From Camelus dromedarius (Eukaryota): DNA of 64,000 nucleotides. The stretch lies in the NCBI RefSeq assembly GCF_036321535.1, contig NC_087453.1, positions 46,996,001 to 47,060,000 of the forward strand. The letters are read 5' to 3'. The notes under the pieces are model-generated. The model ran no database searches, had not been told where the DNA came from, and was given only the letters and a program-made list of their open reading frames with translations. The position numbers and the translations under genes are program-made. The stretch's first letter is position 1. Every line of letters begins with the position of its first letter. Positions 12,991 through 26,700 of the stretch are shown here, in pieces.

Positions 12991-14019
12991 GGGGCTCAAC
13001 TACATCCCGGCAGCGCAGCCGCATGCGACTGTCTGCTCTGTGGTCATCCTTCCAGGAGCAGTGCGTTTTCACCTGACCCTTCACATCTATAATATCCACT
13101 GGTTCTAAAAGCCTGGGAATCTTCCTAGTTTTCCTTGCAAGATGATTTCATTTCTGGGTTTAACCTATTTGTCTACAGTCCCACTCCCTCCACGTGAGGA
13201 GGAAGCAAAGACCCCGAAGGAGGGGAGACACGGAAGCCCCAGGGAGATTCTCTTCTTGGGCTCATCCGAATTCTGACACCAAATGCCTGTCACTGCTAGA
13301 CTGAGGCCCTGCACTGTTTCACAAACCAGCAGCAGGTGTAGGGGCCAGACCACCCACAGTCAGTCATCCCAGCTGTGCCCCCGAGCAGCAGGCAGACCTG
13401 CGCCCCAAGCGCAGCCTCAGTGCTCAGCCTCGGACCCCGGGGTTCCATCTTTTGAGAACTTGTCACTATGTCTGTTTATTGAGGAAAAAATAATCATAGA
13501 TTCTCAGACACTGTAGACATTTAAGGAGTCTGGAAAAGCACCTGTGTTTAAGCATAATTCCCTGACATAAAGTGTGAGAAGCCAAGCAAGAAGGCCAGCT
13601 GGCCTCACCCGGCGCCAGCCCAGCGCCTCAGGCCGGCGCGGGGCACCCCCCGCACACAGCGCAGAGGTCGGTAAGGGATCAAAGTCTAGAAGGAAAGGAG
13701 ACCAATCATCTTAGAAATGAGCCCTTAGCTCTACTACACAGAAGGGGAGAACAGACCCCCTGAAGCTGAGAAACATGAAAACTGCCAAGAGGATGAAAAT
13801 GAAACAAAGGAGGGAGGGGGTCAGAGACAAGGGGACAGAGCACAGGCTGAGAGCCCACAGCCTGCAACTGGAGAATGGGCCGCGGAAGAGCACTGACACG
13901 GTACTGAATCTTCTGCTTTCATACAGACCTACGATCTGGATCTAAACACTGAAAGGCCTACCAGGCACTGGGAACGCAGACCCAGCTCTACTGTGAAGCA
14001 CAGCCTGGTGAGACCATCA

Positions 14020-14640
14020 GATCTTTTTTTTTTTTATTTCAATTAATTAATTAATTAAAATTGAAGTGTGGCTGATTGACAAATGCTGTGTTAGTTTCAG
14101 GTGTATAGGAAAGTGAGTCCGTCACCCACACACATATTCTTTTCCAGAGTCTTTTCCATTACAGGTTATTACAAGATATTGAATGTAGTTCCCTCTGCTG
14201 TACTGTAGGTACTTGCTGTTCATCTCTTTTATACATGGGAGTGTGTGTCTGTTAACCCCAAACTCCCAATTTATTCCCCCCCTTTCCCCCTGGTAACCAC
14301 AGTTTGGTTTCTGTCTGTGAGTCTGTTTTGTAAATAAATTCATTTGTATCATTTTTTTAAGATTCCATATATAAGTGAAATCATATGCCATTCTCTGTCT
14401 GACTTACTTCATTTAATATAATAATCTCTACGTCTATCCACGTTGCTGCAAATGGCCTTATCGCATTCTTATTATGGCTGAGTAGTATTCCATTGTACAA
14501 ATATATCCCAGCTTCCCTATTCAGCCATCTGCTGATGGACACTTATGCTGCTTCCATGTCTTAGCTACTGTAAATAGTGCTGTGAAAACTGGGAGTGCAT
14601 GTGTCTTTCTGAATGAGAGTTTCCTCTAAATATGTATTTT
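14020..14640 (-). mobile_element. Cetartiodactyl-type LINE-1 3' end with poly(A) tail
   Basis: Poly(T) at about 14022, then aattgaagtg, gttagtttcaggtgta, agattccatatataagtga, atggctgagtagtattccattgt. Confidence 0.85.
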
Positions 14641-14842
14641 TCATATCCATAAACTTTATTTGTTTAATGTTTTATGTTAAAAACCAACCATACAGGAATA
14701 TTTATTAACATACTTATCACATACTTTAAAAAGTCTGTTCCCCAGGTGGAAGGAAAACACATTAGACATTAAAGATCCAAGACCAAAAACAGGAGGAACA
14801 GAGGTAGACAAATAACATGGAAACGTTTGCTCTGACAAAGTA

Positions 14843-15365
14843 CAGATGGCCCTGACTCACGATGGTTTGACTTACGAGTTTCCAACCTTACAACGGTGCA
14901 AAAGTGACACACACCCAGTAGAAAGCACACTCTGAGTCTGATTCTTTCCCAGGCTAGCGATTCGCAGTGCGAACCCCTCGTGATTCTGGGCAGGGTGCGC
15001 GCTGAGCTCACCGGCGGCCTGCAGTCCGGGCGTCAGCATCTGCTTACAGCTGTTATCACAGGCAGCTCACCAGCGCTCCGCCCCCAGACACCAGCGCTCC
15101 GCCCCCAGACACCCACTCTGCTGTTCACTTTCAGTACCACAGTCAATGAATTACATAAGATACTCAATGCTTTAGTATTAAATGTGCTTTGTGTTAGGTG
15201 GTTTTGCCCAACTGTAGGCTAACACAAGTTTAAGCAGGCCGGGCTAAGGCACGATGTACTGGTATCAGCAGGTTAGGTGTACTAAATGCATTTTCAATTG
15301 ATGGCATTTTCAACTTACAGTGGGTTTACTGGGACATAATCCCATGGTAAGTTGAGGAAGATCTG
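14843..15365. mobile_element. Tigger5/MER47-like TcMar DNA transposon remnant
   Basis: Terminal inverted repeats TA-cagatggccctgactcacgatgg and cccatggtaagttgaggaagatctg-TA with TA target duplication; internal 21-bp direct duplication at 15069-15110. Confidence 0.75.
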
Positions 15366-15612
15366 TACAAAAACTGAACCTTTCCCCCAACACACACCCT
15401 GGATAAAGGGGTACGTAGGACATGCTCACTGACTGGCACATGGTGATGGGTGTTCTCAGAGAAGGCAAAATACTCAATGCCTAAGAAAGGAAACAGAGCT
15501 AAGGTATTAAAAGAGATTCACAGTATAAAGGTAACCAGTAGAACAAAAGTACTAAGTTTCCTAAATAAAAAGCAAAGAAATCACATGAAGAAAAACTGCA
15601 AATAGAACAGAA

Positions 15613-15820
15613 CATTGACCTCTGAACAGCATGGGGGCTGGGGGCTGGGCGCTGACCCTCGGCGCAGTGGAAAGTCCACGTCTGACACGCGGCTCCGGAA
15701 ACACATAGTTCCCTGCGTCCTCAATTCTGCAGATCACGCAGCCCCGCAGGACTTACTGCAGAAAAATCTGCATGTGAGTAGACCTGCTCAGTTTAAACCC
15801 ACGCTGCTCAAGGGTCTGCT
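15613..15820. mobile_element. Tigger2/MER8-like MITE
   Basis: Degenerate TIRs cattgacctctgaacagcatggg and cccacgctgctcaagggtctgct. Confidence 0.6.
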
Positions 15821-16289
15821 AGACACAACAAAAATAACAGAGCAGGATGACACAATTAAAAATCATCCGCACACCCGTCAGAGCAATAATGTAAACACGC
15901 TGAAGATTTTACATTTGTTCACAAGTCAAAACCCAACTCTGCCCAATAGGAGAGCCTTAAGATAAAGAGATGGTCAGAAGTTTACCAAGCACACCAACCA
16001 GCGCTTGTCAGGTCTGCTGCAGCAACAAACCCCCTAGTCTCTCCCCCTCACCCCACCTGCTGCAGGCAGGTCGCGACTCCGCCGGCCCCTCCTCCGGGGG
16101 CATCTCTACCGAGGAGCGCAGCCCTACCTGGGGTGTTCCCTTCTCATGACAGAGAAACCACAGCAGAAGCATGGGACAACCCAGCAGCTTCCGCTCAGTT
16201 TCCCTCCCTCCCTCCACCACAACTCAGTAGGGAGGGGAGGTGCCCTCTCCTCAGCCAGGCAGCGCAGGTCACATGGCAACAGGCATCAG

Positions 16290-17700
16290 GAATAATCCTC
16301 TTACATCACACAGCCCTAAAACAGGCAAACGCGAATAACAAGAAAGGGGGGACTGCTACCCTGGCATCAGATAAGGTAGAATTTGGGCTCAAAAAGGTAT
16401 CATATGAAATAAAGAAATGCACTTCACCATGCTAAAGATACAATTCATAATGAAATCATACTAGTTTTAAATATCTAGGTACCACAATACAGCAGCCACC
16501 TTTACAGCAGAAATTACACCCAATCCAAGAAGATAGAAATGCACTTATAAAAGGAGACACTGATATAAATATACCCCCTTTAGGCCAAAACAGGTCAAGT
16601 GGACAAAAAACGAACACATGAAAGACCTCGACGACAGTCAGCAGCTGACCTCGGGGATCTCATGCAGCCACCTGCTCTGTGAGAAAACACACCCCTCCTC
16701 AGGTGCACTGGACCACGCACGACCACCAACCACACACTAAAGGCAGAGAAAACCTGAGTAAGCCCTCCAATCACAATGAAATAAAGCTGGAAATTACTAG
16801 TATACAAAAAAAGGCCCTTCCACCTGAAACAAAACCCTCAAACAACTCTTGGGTCAAAGGGGAAGAAGCAAATTAATGTATCAGGATCTATGAGATGTAA
16901 TTAAAGCAGTTACACAGTTTTAAAGGAAAATTCATCCATGAATACTTGGATCCAGATAAATAAAACAATAGAAATAATGAACTAAATACTGCCCCCAATT
17001 CCCAAAAAAAAGCGAAGGGCAAAACCAAGAGAGAGCAGTAAGGCAGAAGCAGAAGTTAGCGAGGCAGAAGCAGCAAACCAGTGAACGCACAAGTCAGACA
17101 CCAGCTGTTTGGGGAAAACAATCAACAGAATCAAGAATAAAAGAGAAGAAGCACAAACACGAGAGACGTAACAAGACAGAAATTACTGCAATAACATTTT
17201 TAAAAGTCATAAAAGATTACTTTGCACAACTCTGCAAATAAATTTTAAAACTTGGATGAAATGAGTAATTTCCCAGGAAAATGCAACTTACCAAAACTGA
17301 CTTCAGAAGAGAGAGTTTAAGCATTACAAATTCCAGAGGGAAAAAAGAGAACGTTATCAAAGAAACACCCACCAAAAAGCCCGAGATCCTTTCACTGTAA
17401 GAGGGTTCTATTTAAGTCTCCAAAGACCAGAGCGTGGGAGTAGAAAACCTTAATTCTCTCTGAGGCACCTGTGACATCAGCACTTCAACCTGAGAAAGTC
17501 TACACAAAAGAACAGTAAGTAAAAGAATTCAAAATAAAACATTTAAAACCAGAATCCAATAGCCCATAAAAAATTATAACCCAGAGGGATTATTCAAAAC
17601 GCAAGGACAGCTCGCTGTGAGGATGGTCACTAATTAGTACATAATTCAGGAGAAAAGTCACGTTCCTCTTACTGGCACTGAAGAGGCCTCCAAAACAGAA
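16290..17700 (+). mobile_element. Highly decayed LINE-1 ORF2 remnants
   Basis: A-rich; motifs tcacaatgaaataaagctggaaatt, ttgcacaactctgcaaataaattt-aaaacttggatgaaatg and ttaccaaaactgac. Confidence 0.6.
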
Positions 17701-20700
17701 CGCTTCCTTCAACCCCTAAGGAAAGCACCTACTGCAACTGGAATTGGCAGGTACTTCCTTATTGTGAAAAACATAACATTTAATCCAAGAAAGTACTGAC
17801 CTATTAATTTGTTATATCTTAATTAAATTGCCATTGCTTATGATAAGCTCTATTCAAATACAGACACAACATTCTGAAATGCTACTTCCACAGCTTTCTT
17901 ACTGCGAACTCTAAGTACCACTTACTGTAAGTTCTTACAGCCCAGAAGCTTTACTGATTTCACCATCTAATCAAATAGACGCAAAGGGAGAGCCTAAAGA
18001 CAGACCACAGGCCTCCTCTAGCTAGGTGGTCCTGCACGCTGGCTGCAGCCCACTCCCAGGTCATACCTGGTTTCTTGGAATCTCAAAAAATCCCAGTTTG
18101 TATTATATTCCCAGCCACTCTATAACTCATAGAAATAGAAAGACATTTGAAAAAAATTTTAAGTAGAATTACAAGTTTAAATTTTTTTTAAACTTGTAGA
18201 TAAAACTTTAGAGATTGAAAATTAACCAAAATCAGGAGGCTAAGGAGAAAATGCACTGTCATATGGGCTATGCAAAATTCTTCGTTTTTAGCAAAACTGA
18301 TAGATGTTATCTAAAATTAATACAGTAGGTAGTGTAACTACTCTAAAATTATTTTGAATTATGCTAGTAACCATCAGAGGAATCAAAAAAAAGGCTAAGA
18401 ACGGTTCCTTCTGCTGAGTAAGGTTTAGCAGAGTGAGGACTCCGGGAAAACTTCACTTTTCAACTGAAACCCTCTGTACTCCAAGCATTTTCCTACCCTA
18501 CGTCGCTGCCACATTGACTATAAACACGTATTTAAGAAAACACAGAAAAAAGCAATGTGAACCCCCATCACTGTTACCTCCACTCTTGAAACCAGACAAG
18601 AGGACAAGTCAGTTGTCTGCACCCGCCTTCACCCAGGTCTCTCCGGCAGGACCAACTAGCACCTGCGGCAGGTCACGCGCTGGGGGAGCTGCTGGACCAG
18701 CAAGAAAAAGGCGGACCCCTGGGGCTGACACTCCAGGGCCACACGCCACCCGTCCTCCCTACCCCCGGAACAAATGTGCACCTTGCAGGCTCACAAGAAT
18801 GAGAGTACGTGGTGAACATTGCAAAAAGCAAACAGGAAAAGGACAACCTGGCAACTGTTTATCATTTGATACACAAACTGTAACACCAAAATCAGAATGC
18901 CCAAGGATGACAGTTAACAGTAACACAGCTTAGTGCCACTTTGTCAGCATGCTGACCCCTCACTCAGTCCTCACAACTCTGACAAGTACTTTCTTTCCCT
19001 CTGCCCATTCAAAGCCGAAACAGAAGCTCTGAGTGTGATTTACTTGGCCAGGGCCACCAAACTAATAAACTTCAACTTGTATCTGGTTTTCCTATGTGTA
19101 ATAGCATATGTAACTGTAATTCATACATAATAGACGTTATATAAAATACAATTATTCTATTCCTTATTATATAAGAAATATTTAGTTCTTATACCACACC
19201 ACCTGTCTCTAAGTAAATCTGAGCTTAATAATTTTTTAAGTTCAATCTGCATTTGAATATCTATTGTAACTGAGGAGACCTAAATGCTTTATGAATGCTA
19301 TCACATGCCCCCAGCATATTTTGGCAAAATTTTAAACACTATCTTTGTCACAACGCTGAGTGAAGAAAACACTGACAATTAATGGCCTGCTGTGCTTGAG
19401 AAACACTCCCAATTTTCACAAGTAGCTAAGAGATCATAAGCTCACAATTATTTCAAGACAACCCCAGAGTCTTTCTTTACCTTTACTTTGACACTGCCAG
19501 ATTTCTGGCTTTTTTTTTTACAAGCTTTGAGACTGGGGAACATTCACGAGCAAGAGAAGACAGATTAACCACCCAGAACGTCTTCCCACCGTCGGTCTTA
19601 AGCCACTCTCTTCCATGTGAGCTGGGCAGTGCATCCTCAACGTGGTCTCCCACATCAAGATGGAGAAGGCAGTGAGGGGCCTTGGAAATGCAAAGTTACC
19701 TGCTGTCAGACCCCGGTCAGCTTAAGACCCTATTAGCAATTCATGAGATGCTAAATTAGAATTTGAAACTAACTATAAAATTCAATAGCTCATCTCTGGA
19801 AACAAATGAAATTGAAACACAACCCTCGTGGTGGTAGTTTTGCTGTACTACGCTAAGCCAGCAGAAAGAGTAAGTTTTAATTTAATTCCACAACTACAAA
19901 AACACACACAGGTTAACCGTCCTTCATGCAGGACAGCAACACACAACCTCAGTCCTTGTGACAGCTGGTCCCCGGGCGGCTCCTCTCCTGGGGGAAGGAG
20001 CACTGACATCCCGCAGACAGGCATGGACTTGGATCTGTGCCTCACACACAGGAGGAAAACACAACTGACTTTTTCTCTGGAGCATACAAAGCATTTTTTC
20101 ATCTAATTTTACTGAAAGCAAGAGGAAAGAGCTACAGAAGAGCAGTGAGAAAAGAACACAGCATTGCACCAAACTAGCGACGGTGGGGGATCAACACTGA
20201 GTGCAGGGGATCAGCCCTAAAAGGGGTCACCTGCAGCGGGAACGAGTCTGCAGTGGGAAGCACCTGCAGCCGGCTCAGCACCCTGTCTCGGTGGCCTCTT
20301 TGGAGCACTGGCGCCAGCTCTTAAACATGTGGGCTCAGTGACACTGCTGACCCTCCTGTGGTGGGTTTGGTTAAGTAAGGAGTCTGACACGAAGACGGAC
20401 AACACCGCGGTTTAAAGGGCAACAAGCAGATGGGACTCCAGAGCTGAGGGCGCAGGGGTGGGGTGGAGCTGACAGCGTCCCAGCCCGGAAGGCTCACAAC
20501 TAAGATTCCAAACACCTGAAATGCATACAGAACCTGCCCTCCCACTGTAACTGACAGAGAAACTAGGCCAGGTTTGGGCCTTCAAATAATTATGTAATGT
20601 TATTAAAGCTCAGAACTCTGAGTACCCTTCTTCTCCAGGCTGTTCTGGAGCCAAGCATTACTGAAAACACAGTCCTCCACGGTATGAATAACACACGGTG

Positions 20701-22409
20701 CAGAGCTCTTTCAAAAATTTTATTTCAGTAAAAGACGAATGATCTAGTCCAAAAGGCCTTTAGCTCTGAAGTCCTGGCAAAGCCACTGGGTCTGTCTGGT
20801 TCTCCACTTCCCTGATAAACAGCTGGGGCTGACAGTTCTGATCAATACACTCATTAACATGTCCTAGTCCCCATCTTCATCGACCCTACGCGTTTTACAA
20901 GCACGTACTAACGGAGCCCTCACTCACTACGGGATATCCTACTGTTACCCCAATTTATAGCAGGGTCGGGGGGTGCAAAGGAGCTGCCCCAGATCCCAAA
21001 GCGAGGATAATAAACTGACCTGCTGGAGCCAGGTCAGACCCAGGATGCAACGACTTTCATGCAAACTAAGTGTGACCGGAGAGAATGAAAGCCTTCCTCT
21101 GCGGCCGGACAGAGAAACAGGTGATCAACAGTCAAGGAGGAAAAAACGTTTCTCTGAAGACAAAGTCTTTTCAAAATCCTTTGAGAATTACTGACTCAAG
21201 ATTTGGCCCAGTTTCACAAAAACAATAACGCAACACCTCTTCACAGAAAGGAATGCTCCCTGGACAAGCATCAGGTGCTGCGAGGCGCTTCCCTCTGCCA
21301 ATCGCAGACTGTCCTCCAGGGACGCACCTCCGGACTTGAAATACGCTGTGCTATTAAGATCACCTCCGGCAGGAGGTGCTATGACATTCGCGTTTATCTG
21401 AACTCGTTTTAACTGTGTTGTTTACCCAGAGCAAGGAGTTACTGTTTGCTGTCAGCCTCCAATACTAGGCAGCTCTCCTAAGGTACTGCCATACTTAAAA
21501 AGGGGAAGAAATCTATGGTACACGCTATAAACCAAACCACACGTCACAAGAGAAATCTAGAAACCAGCTGGGAAAAGTGCCCTGCGAGGTTCTCGAGGAC
21601 AGGGCCCCTTAACCCCTCCGCATCTTCGCATCCTGCACCACGCGCACCGCGTGAAACGTGCATTTGCGCACTGCCTGCAGCTGGTCAACGACGTGAAGTA
21701 TTTCGAGCAAAAGAATGAAGGCGGCAAACAAGCTGATAACAAACCGAACTTGTGCAGAAATAGAACTCTGTTTAATGATGCAACAGTTAAGCACGGACCT
21801 CCGGTCCTTCTCAAAACAAACACAGGCTCTTGGTGTCGGCAGAGGACCTTGCACTTTCAAAAGGAAAAACAAAAAACCACCGCGAATTTTCTGCCTCTCG
21901 TCCTAAACAGCTGAATCATTCGCACATTCAACCGCCCAGCATTCTTCCAACAACTGTCGGTGCAGGCTCTGCTCTGTGGGAAGCCCGAATTCAAGACCTT
22001 CCCTGGGAAATGAACGCGGTCCCCAAAGGCGCAGCCTTAAAGGGAAGCCGCGTTATCCCCAGTCCAACAGGAGGCCTGGGTTTCACGTCAAGCTCCGGTG
22101 AAGGAAACACGCTGATTGGGGAAAACCTGTCGTCGCTTCCACGGACACTATTAACGCGTACTTGGCGCACAGGGTGGCGGGATGCGGGCGCCGCGGCCCC
22201 ACCGCCCGCCCGACTCCCCCAGACAGACGCGGGCGTTGGGGCGGGGGTCTCGGACGCCTCACGCCCACACGGGTCTCCCGAGGGTCGCGGTTCATTCGTG
22301 GCGAAACGAACAAACCGATGTGGTCGCGGCGGGGAGGGTCAGGCACACCCGCGCTGCCGCGAACCCGCGGGACACCCCCCCGCCAGTGCGGGGCCCGAGG
22401 GGGGCGTCG

Positions 22410-22590
22410 GGGGTTCCGGGGGCCCTAGGAGAGCCCTGGAGGGCGGGCGGGGCCTGAGGGCCCCTGGGGCGTTCCGGGGGGTCCGGGGCGCGTGTGGGGA
22501 GGGTTCCGGGGCCCTAGGGGAGCCCTAGAGGGCGGGCGGGGGCTGAGGGCTCCTGGTTGTTCCGAGGGATCCAGAGGAGGCGTGGGGGGG
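22410..22590. repeat. Two-copy ~90-bp G-rich tandem repeat at the 5' end of NAPB intron 1
   Basis: gggttccggggccctagg-gagccct-gagggcgggcgggg-ctgaggg occurs at about 22410 and 22501. Confidence 0.75.
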
Positions 22591-22648
22591 AGGGGCGCCA
22601 GCCCGGGATGGAGACCCCCCCTCAGGGCACGCGCGGCCCGGCACTCAC

Positions 22649-22746
22649 CCGAACAGCCCTCGAAGGAAGGAATGGGAGGCCTTGACTCGCTTCTCGGCCT
22701 CCGCCATCAGCTGCACCGCCTCTCGCTCCTTCCCCGCGGTGTCCAT
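22649..22746 (-). CDS. NAPB: NAPB (beta-SNAP) coding exon 1
   Basis: ATG at 22746 reads [33 protein letters not shown], the recognisable beta-SNAP N-terminus; 98 bp, followed by a GTGAGT donor; lies in a CpG island. Confidence 0.97.
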
Positions 22747-22819
22747 GTCGTCTGCGCGGCGGCCTCAACAACCTCCTCCCGCGCCGACGCGCCTCCAGCG
22801 CCTCCAGCGCCTCCCTGAA

Positions 22820-22962
22820 CTCTCGCGGTGGCGGGACGCGCAGGCGCGGCGCGCAGCCTGTCGGGAGTTCCAGTCCGGGCCGCTCCCGGGAGCGCCTCTC
22901 GCGGCGGCAAGGTGCGCAGGCGCGGCGCATAGCCTATCGGGAGTTGTAGTCCAGGCCGCGGC
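22820..22962 (-). promoter_or_regulatory. Tandem ~77-bp promoter module: NRF1-like GCGCAGGCGC plus ZNF143/THAP11-type ACTACAAnTCCC motif
   Basis: gcgcaggcgc at 22838 and 22915; gggagttccagtcc at 22863 and gggagttgtagtcc at 22940 (minus strand GGACTACAACTCCC); constant 77-bp offset. Confidence 0.7.
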
Positions 22963-23429
22963 CGGGGGATGGGAGTGTAGGAGGCGTCAACCACAGCTGC
23001 CAGAACGCTGCAGGGCAGGGCTGGCTTCAGGGGCTTGGGGGCTGGGGTCCCGACCTTCTGTAGGGCCCTCGGCCTAGGAGAACGTTTATCGTTTTAAGGA
23101 TGCGGGAAATGGAAAAGGACCCGTGGCTTCAAACCCAAGCATCACGTTGGTTCAGGAGTCCCCGCCCAGCACGACTGAGCGTGGTCAGGGACGGACGAGG
23201 ACTCGGGGACGCGGGGATAACGGGATGGAGGACGCGGCAGGTGGCAGGATGGAATGCCCCACTGCGCGCGAATTCCCCGAGCGTGGTGTAAGGTGGCCCG
23301 GCCGTGGTAAGCAGCTGCACTGACCTTGCGATGCCCGGCTACCAACCCTCCAGCTACAGCAGCAGGAGGGGCCACGTTTATCTCCAGCAAGGCCTTTAAC
23401 GAGGAAGCATTTGTCCCAATATAAATTCA

Positions 23430-23785
23430 ATATAAAAATACCATACGATATCACTTATATGTGGAATCTTAAAAAAACAACACAAATGAACTCATTTGCA
23501 AAACAGAAACAGACTCACAGACATAGAAAATAAACTTGCGGTTACCAGGGAGAAAGAGGGAGAGGAATAAACTGGGTGTTTGGAATTTGCAGATACACAC
23601 TACTATATATAAAATAGGTAAACAACAAGGTCATACTGTAGAGCACAGGGAACTATCTTCAATACCTTGTAATAGTGAAAAAGAATATGAGAAGGAGTGT
23701 ATATGTGTAACTGAACCACTATGCTGTACACAAGAAACTAACACAACGTTGTAAATCGACTATACTTCAATTAAAAAATACTAAC
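23430..23785 (+). mobile_element. Cetartiodactyl LINE-1 3' end
   Basis: tatcacttatatgtggaatct, aacagaaacagactcacagacatagaaaataaactt, gagcacagggaactat, aactgaaccactatgctgtaca, tatacttcaattaaaaa. Confidence 0.85.
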
Positions 23786-26700
23786 GTTAATCTAAAAAAA
23801 ATTAAATCAGAGTTGTTTTTCAGTGCCTGCACATTGCAACTTTGTCAGTCTTCACTGGTCATTGCAGACTTGCCTGTGTGGGATGTAGGCACAATGGTCT
23901 TTTGTTGACTGGATTCTTTTCAATGGATGCGAACCAGTGAGGTCCCTTATTCTCTACATAATGCTGGCCATAGTGTGGAGTGGGTCTCCTGGAACACAGC
24001 TCTGCCTGCCAGCAAGACTTCTAATCTCCAACAAGTATCCATGGATAGATGCTATTGTGTGCCAACGATTTCCAGGCCTGTCCCAGAGGGCATCATTTTT
24101 TAATATAAAGTCTAGACCATTTACATTTGGCAAGGCTAAAGCAGAAGTGGTGAAGCAAATATGAAAATCACTGCCAAACAAGAACTTGTGACAATTTCAA
24201 ACTATTAGTAAGTGCACCGTGGGCACCGGCACACAAAATACAGCTAAGAAGATGAAGCCTGTCTTCAGAGAGGAAGGCAAGAAGTCCAGACTCCTAGGCA
24301 GAAAGGTAACCACAGCATGTGTCTCAGAGTTCACCCAGTGCAGCCACTCTAGAGACCGAAGGAAACCTCAGCTCCTCTGGCAGAGCTTCTTTCTTTTACT
24401 GCATGCATCACTCTAACTCCGAGAAGCTGATTTGGAGCAATACTGGGGAAGAAGTCATTGCACTGAATTTTACCTGTCTCTTTCCCATGGTGGCATATTA
24501 GGGCTTCATCATGTCTCACTATTTCAAAAATACTGAGGTCTGTCCCAGAATGCAGGGAGGGCTTTCCCAGGGGTGGTCACACGGATGCCGGCTTCTTGAG
24601 GGTGTGGAGCCAGCGTCTCCTGGCGCTCAGCACACCCAGCAGCGAGGAACTGGACCTGGAAATGCCCATGGTGCTCACTGCCCACGAGGTCTGTGTTTGC
24701 GACTGCCTATTTGCTTGCATTTATGGGTGGCTAGAATCAGTCCTCGGAGCACTTTCGAGGTCATTTGCGGACACGTGCAGGGCAGGAGACACTGGCGTGC
24801 CCCATGCACACAGGGACAAGGCGACCCTCTGCCCTCGTGTTGTAAATGAGTGTCCTTCTCGTTTTTCACATTTTTGTACGTTCTGTTGGTGACTTTGCTG
24901 TTTAATTGGCCCCAAACCCAGTGCTGAAGTGCTGTCTAGTCCCTGAGGCAAGAAGGCTGGGCCGTGCCCTCAGGAGGAAGCCCGGCTGTCAGATGAGCCT
25001 TGCGCAGCCTTGAGTTACAGAGCTGTCACCGGTGAGTCAGCCAGTGAGTCAACTGTATGTCAAGTAAAACGATATGTGTCATATACAAGAAGGCACATAC
25101 TGACACACTGTAACTGACTATACCTCAATTAAAAAGTAAAATTTAATTTTAAAAAAAGAAGGTACATATTGATGGGTTGACAAAATGTGAGCAGACACTC
25201 AGGGGAAGCAAACTGCATTTCCAGATGGGGCGGGGGTAGGCAATGGTTCCGTTCTTGTTAATTCAGGGTCTGCACTGACTTTCTAGAACATTCCTGCCTT
25301 GGACAGTGAGAGCTGACGACATTGGGAGGCTGCCTGGACAAAGACAATGGAATGAATTCAGATCATAGTCTTTCCCAATCCCTAAAAGAAGTAGGCAAGG
25401 AAAAGGGAAAACCTAGCAACTCTTCCCCAGATTAAGACAGGGGAATCACCCTGTGTCAGGCCTCCCTCACCCCCTGTCCTCCTGGAGCAGTCTGCCCTGC
25501 GGTGCAGACCTGTGCAGACTCCATCAGAGGGACCACAACCTCGAACTCCCTGTTGTGTTTGGCCAGTAAGGTGCGCGGTCTGAGGTGGAGGGCAGAAGGG
25601 AGAGGGGTGGTGCTGTTCCCCAGACCCCACAGGGAGGCCGTCCTGCAGCAGATGACAGTCCTGTGCTCAGGCTCCCTGGCACCTGCAGAGTTGTGGGTGT
25701 CCATAAATAAACCTTCCTGTTGCCAGTGTGTCCCACTGACTGCACTTCCCAGCTCCTTGTCTGAGGCTGGTATAACCTTGAAACCCAGACCAGAAAATGC
25801 CAGCACGAGAAAGGGCAATCTGGGGCCAGTCTCACTTGTGAACACGGATACAAAAATTCTGAAAAAAAATTAGCAAGCACACCATGCACAAAACTTGATA
25901 GTTACAGGCACAGAAGTGTTGTGCTAAACTTTAAGACTTTTAGAAGCTTTAAATGAAAGTACAGGAAGGTAGCTTTATGGCCTTGGTTTCCTAAATAGAC
26001 AGCAACCCTGCAAACCACAGGAGAGAAAATCGATAGAGCCACCCCTTTAAGACTAAAGCTTTGTTTTCACCAACTCAGCACAACGCAAGTGAAAGGACAA
26101 ACACAATCCAGAAAAGGAGCACACACACCCCCAAAATAACTGTTTTTAAGGACAAGGACGTTCTACAAATCAGCAGAAGGCAAGCAGCCGCCCAGAAGAC
26201 GCGGGCAGTGGGCTTGCATGCGAGGACTTGAAGGTGACCCCAGAGTCTCGTCCCCTTCAGCTCTGGCAGCTCGCTGGCTCGGGAGGACGGTGTCTGTCTA
26301 TGGGAACCTGGAAAGACAGCAGAGGAAGTAGAGGCAGGTTGCTGTCAGCCTGCGGAGCCCGGTGCCTGCTGGGGCCTTCGGGGCGATGCCAGCGCCCAAC
26401 CATCTGGGGCACCGGCCCGTCATCGCCGGCGCTGTGCTGCTGGCCTGCTCCCGGCACCGCAGGCGTCTCCAGCCAAGGCCAGCCCCGTCCTTCTGCGGCA
26501 GCCCAGGGACCTGGGACGGGCAGTGCCCCCGCCAGCCCCCGGCGTGAGGGACACGCGCGCCACTCCTTGTTGGGCTCAGCAGGGTGGCTCTCAGATAGAC
26601 TGGCACCCTGCCTGGGTTAGGTCCAGGTCGGCAGTCAGTCTAGAGCCGGGCTGTTTACAGGACAGGGAAGAGCTTATCACGCACAGTGCCGCCCAAGCAC

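Larger units (their letters stand above)
22050..23350. promoter_or_regulatory. CpG island covering the NAPB promoter and exon 1
   Basis: Very high GC and dense CpG around NAPB exon 1; boundaries estimated by eye. Confidence 0.85.

Noticed and set aside
21830-23077. Plus-strand ORFs across the NAPB CpG island
   Set aside because: Stop-poor GC-rich sequence antisense to exon 1, with no domain or splice support.
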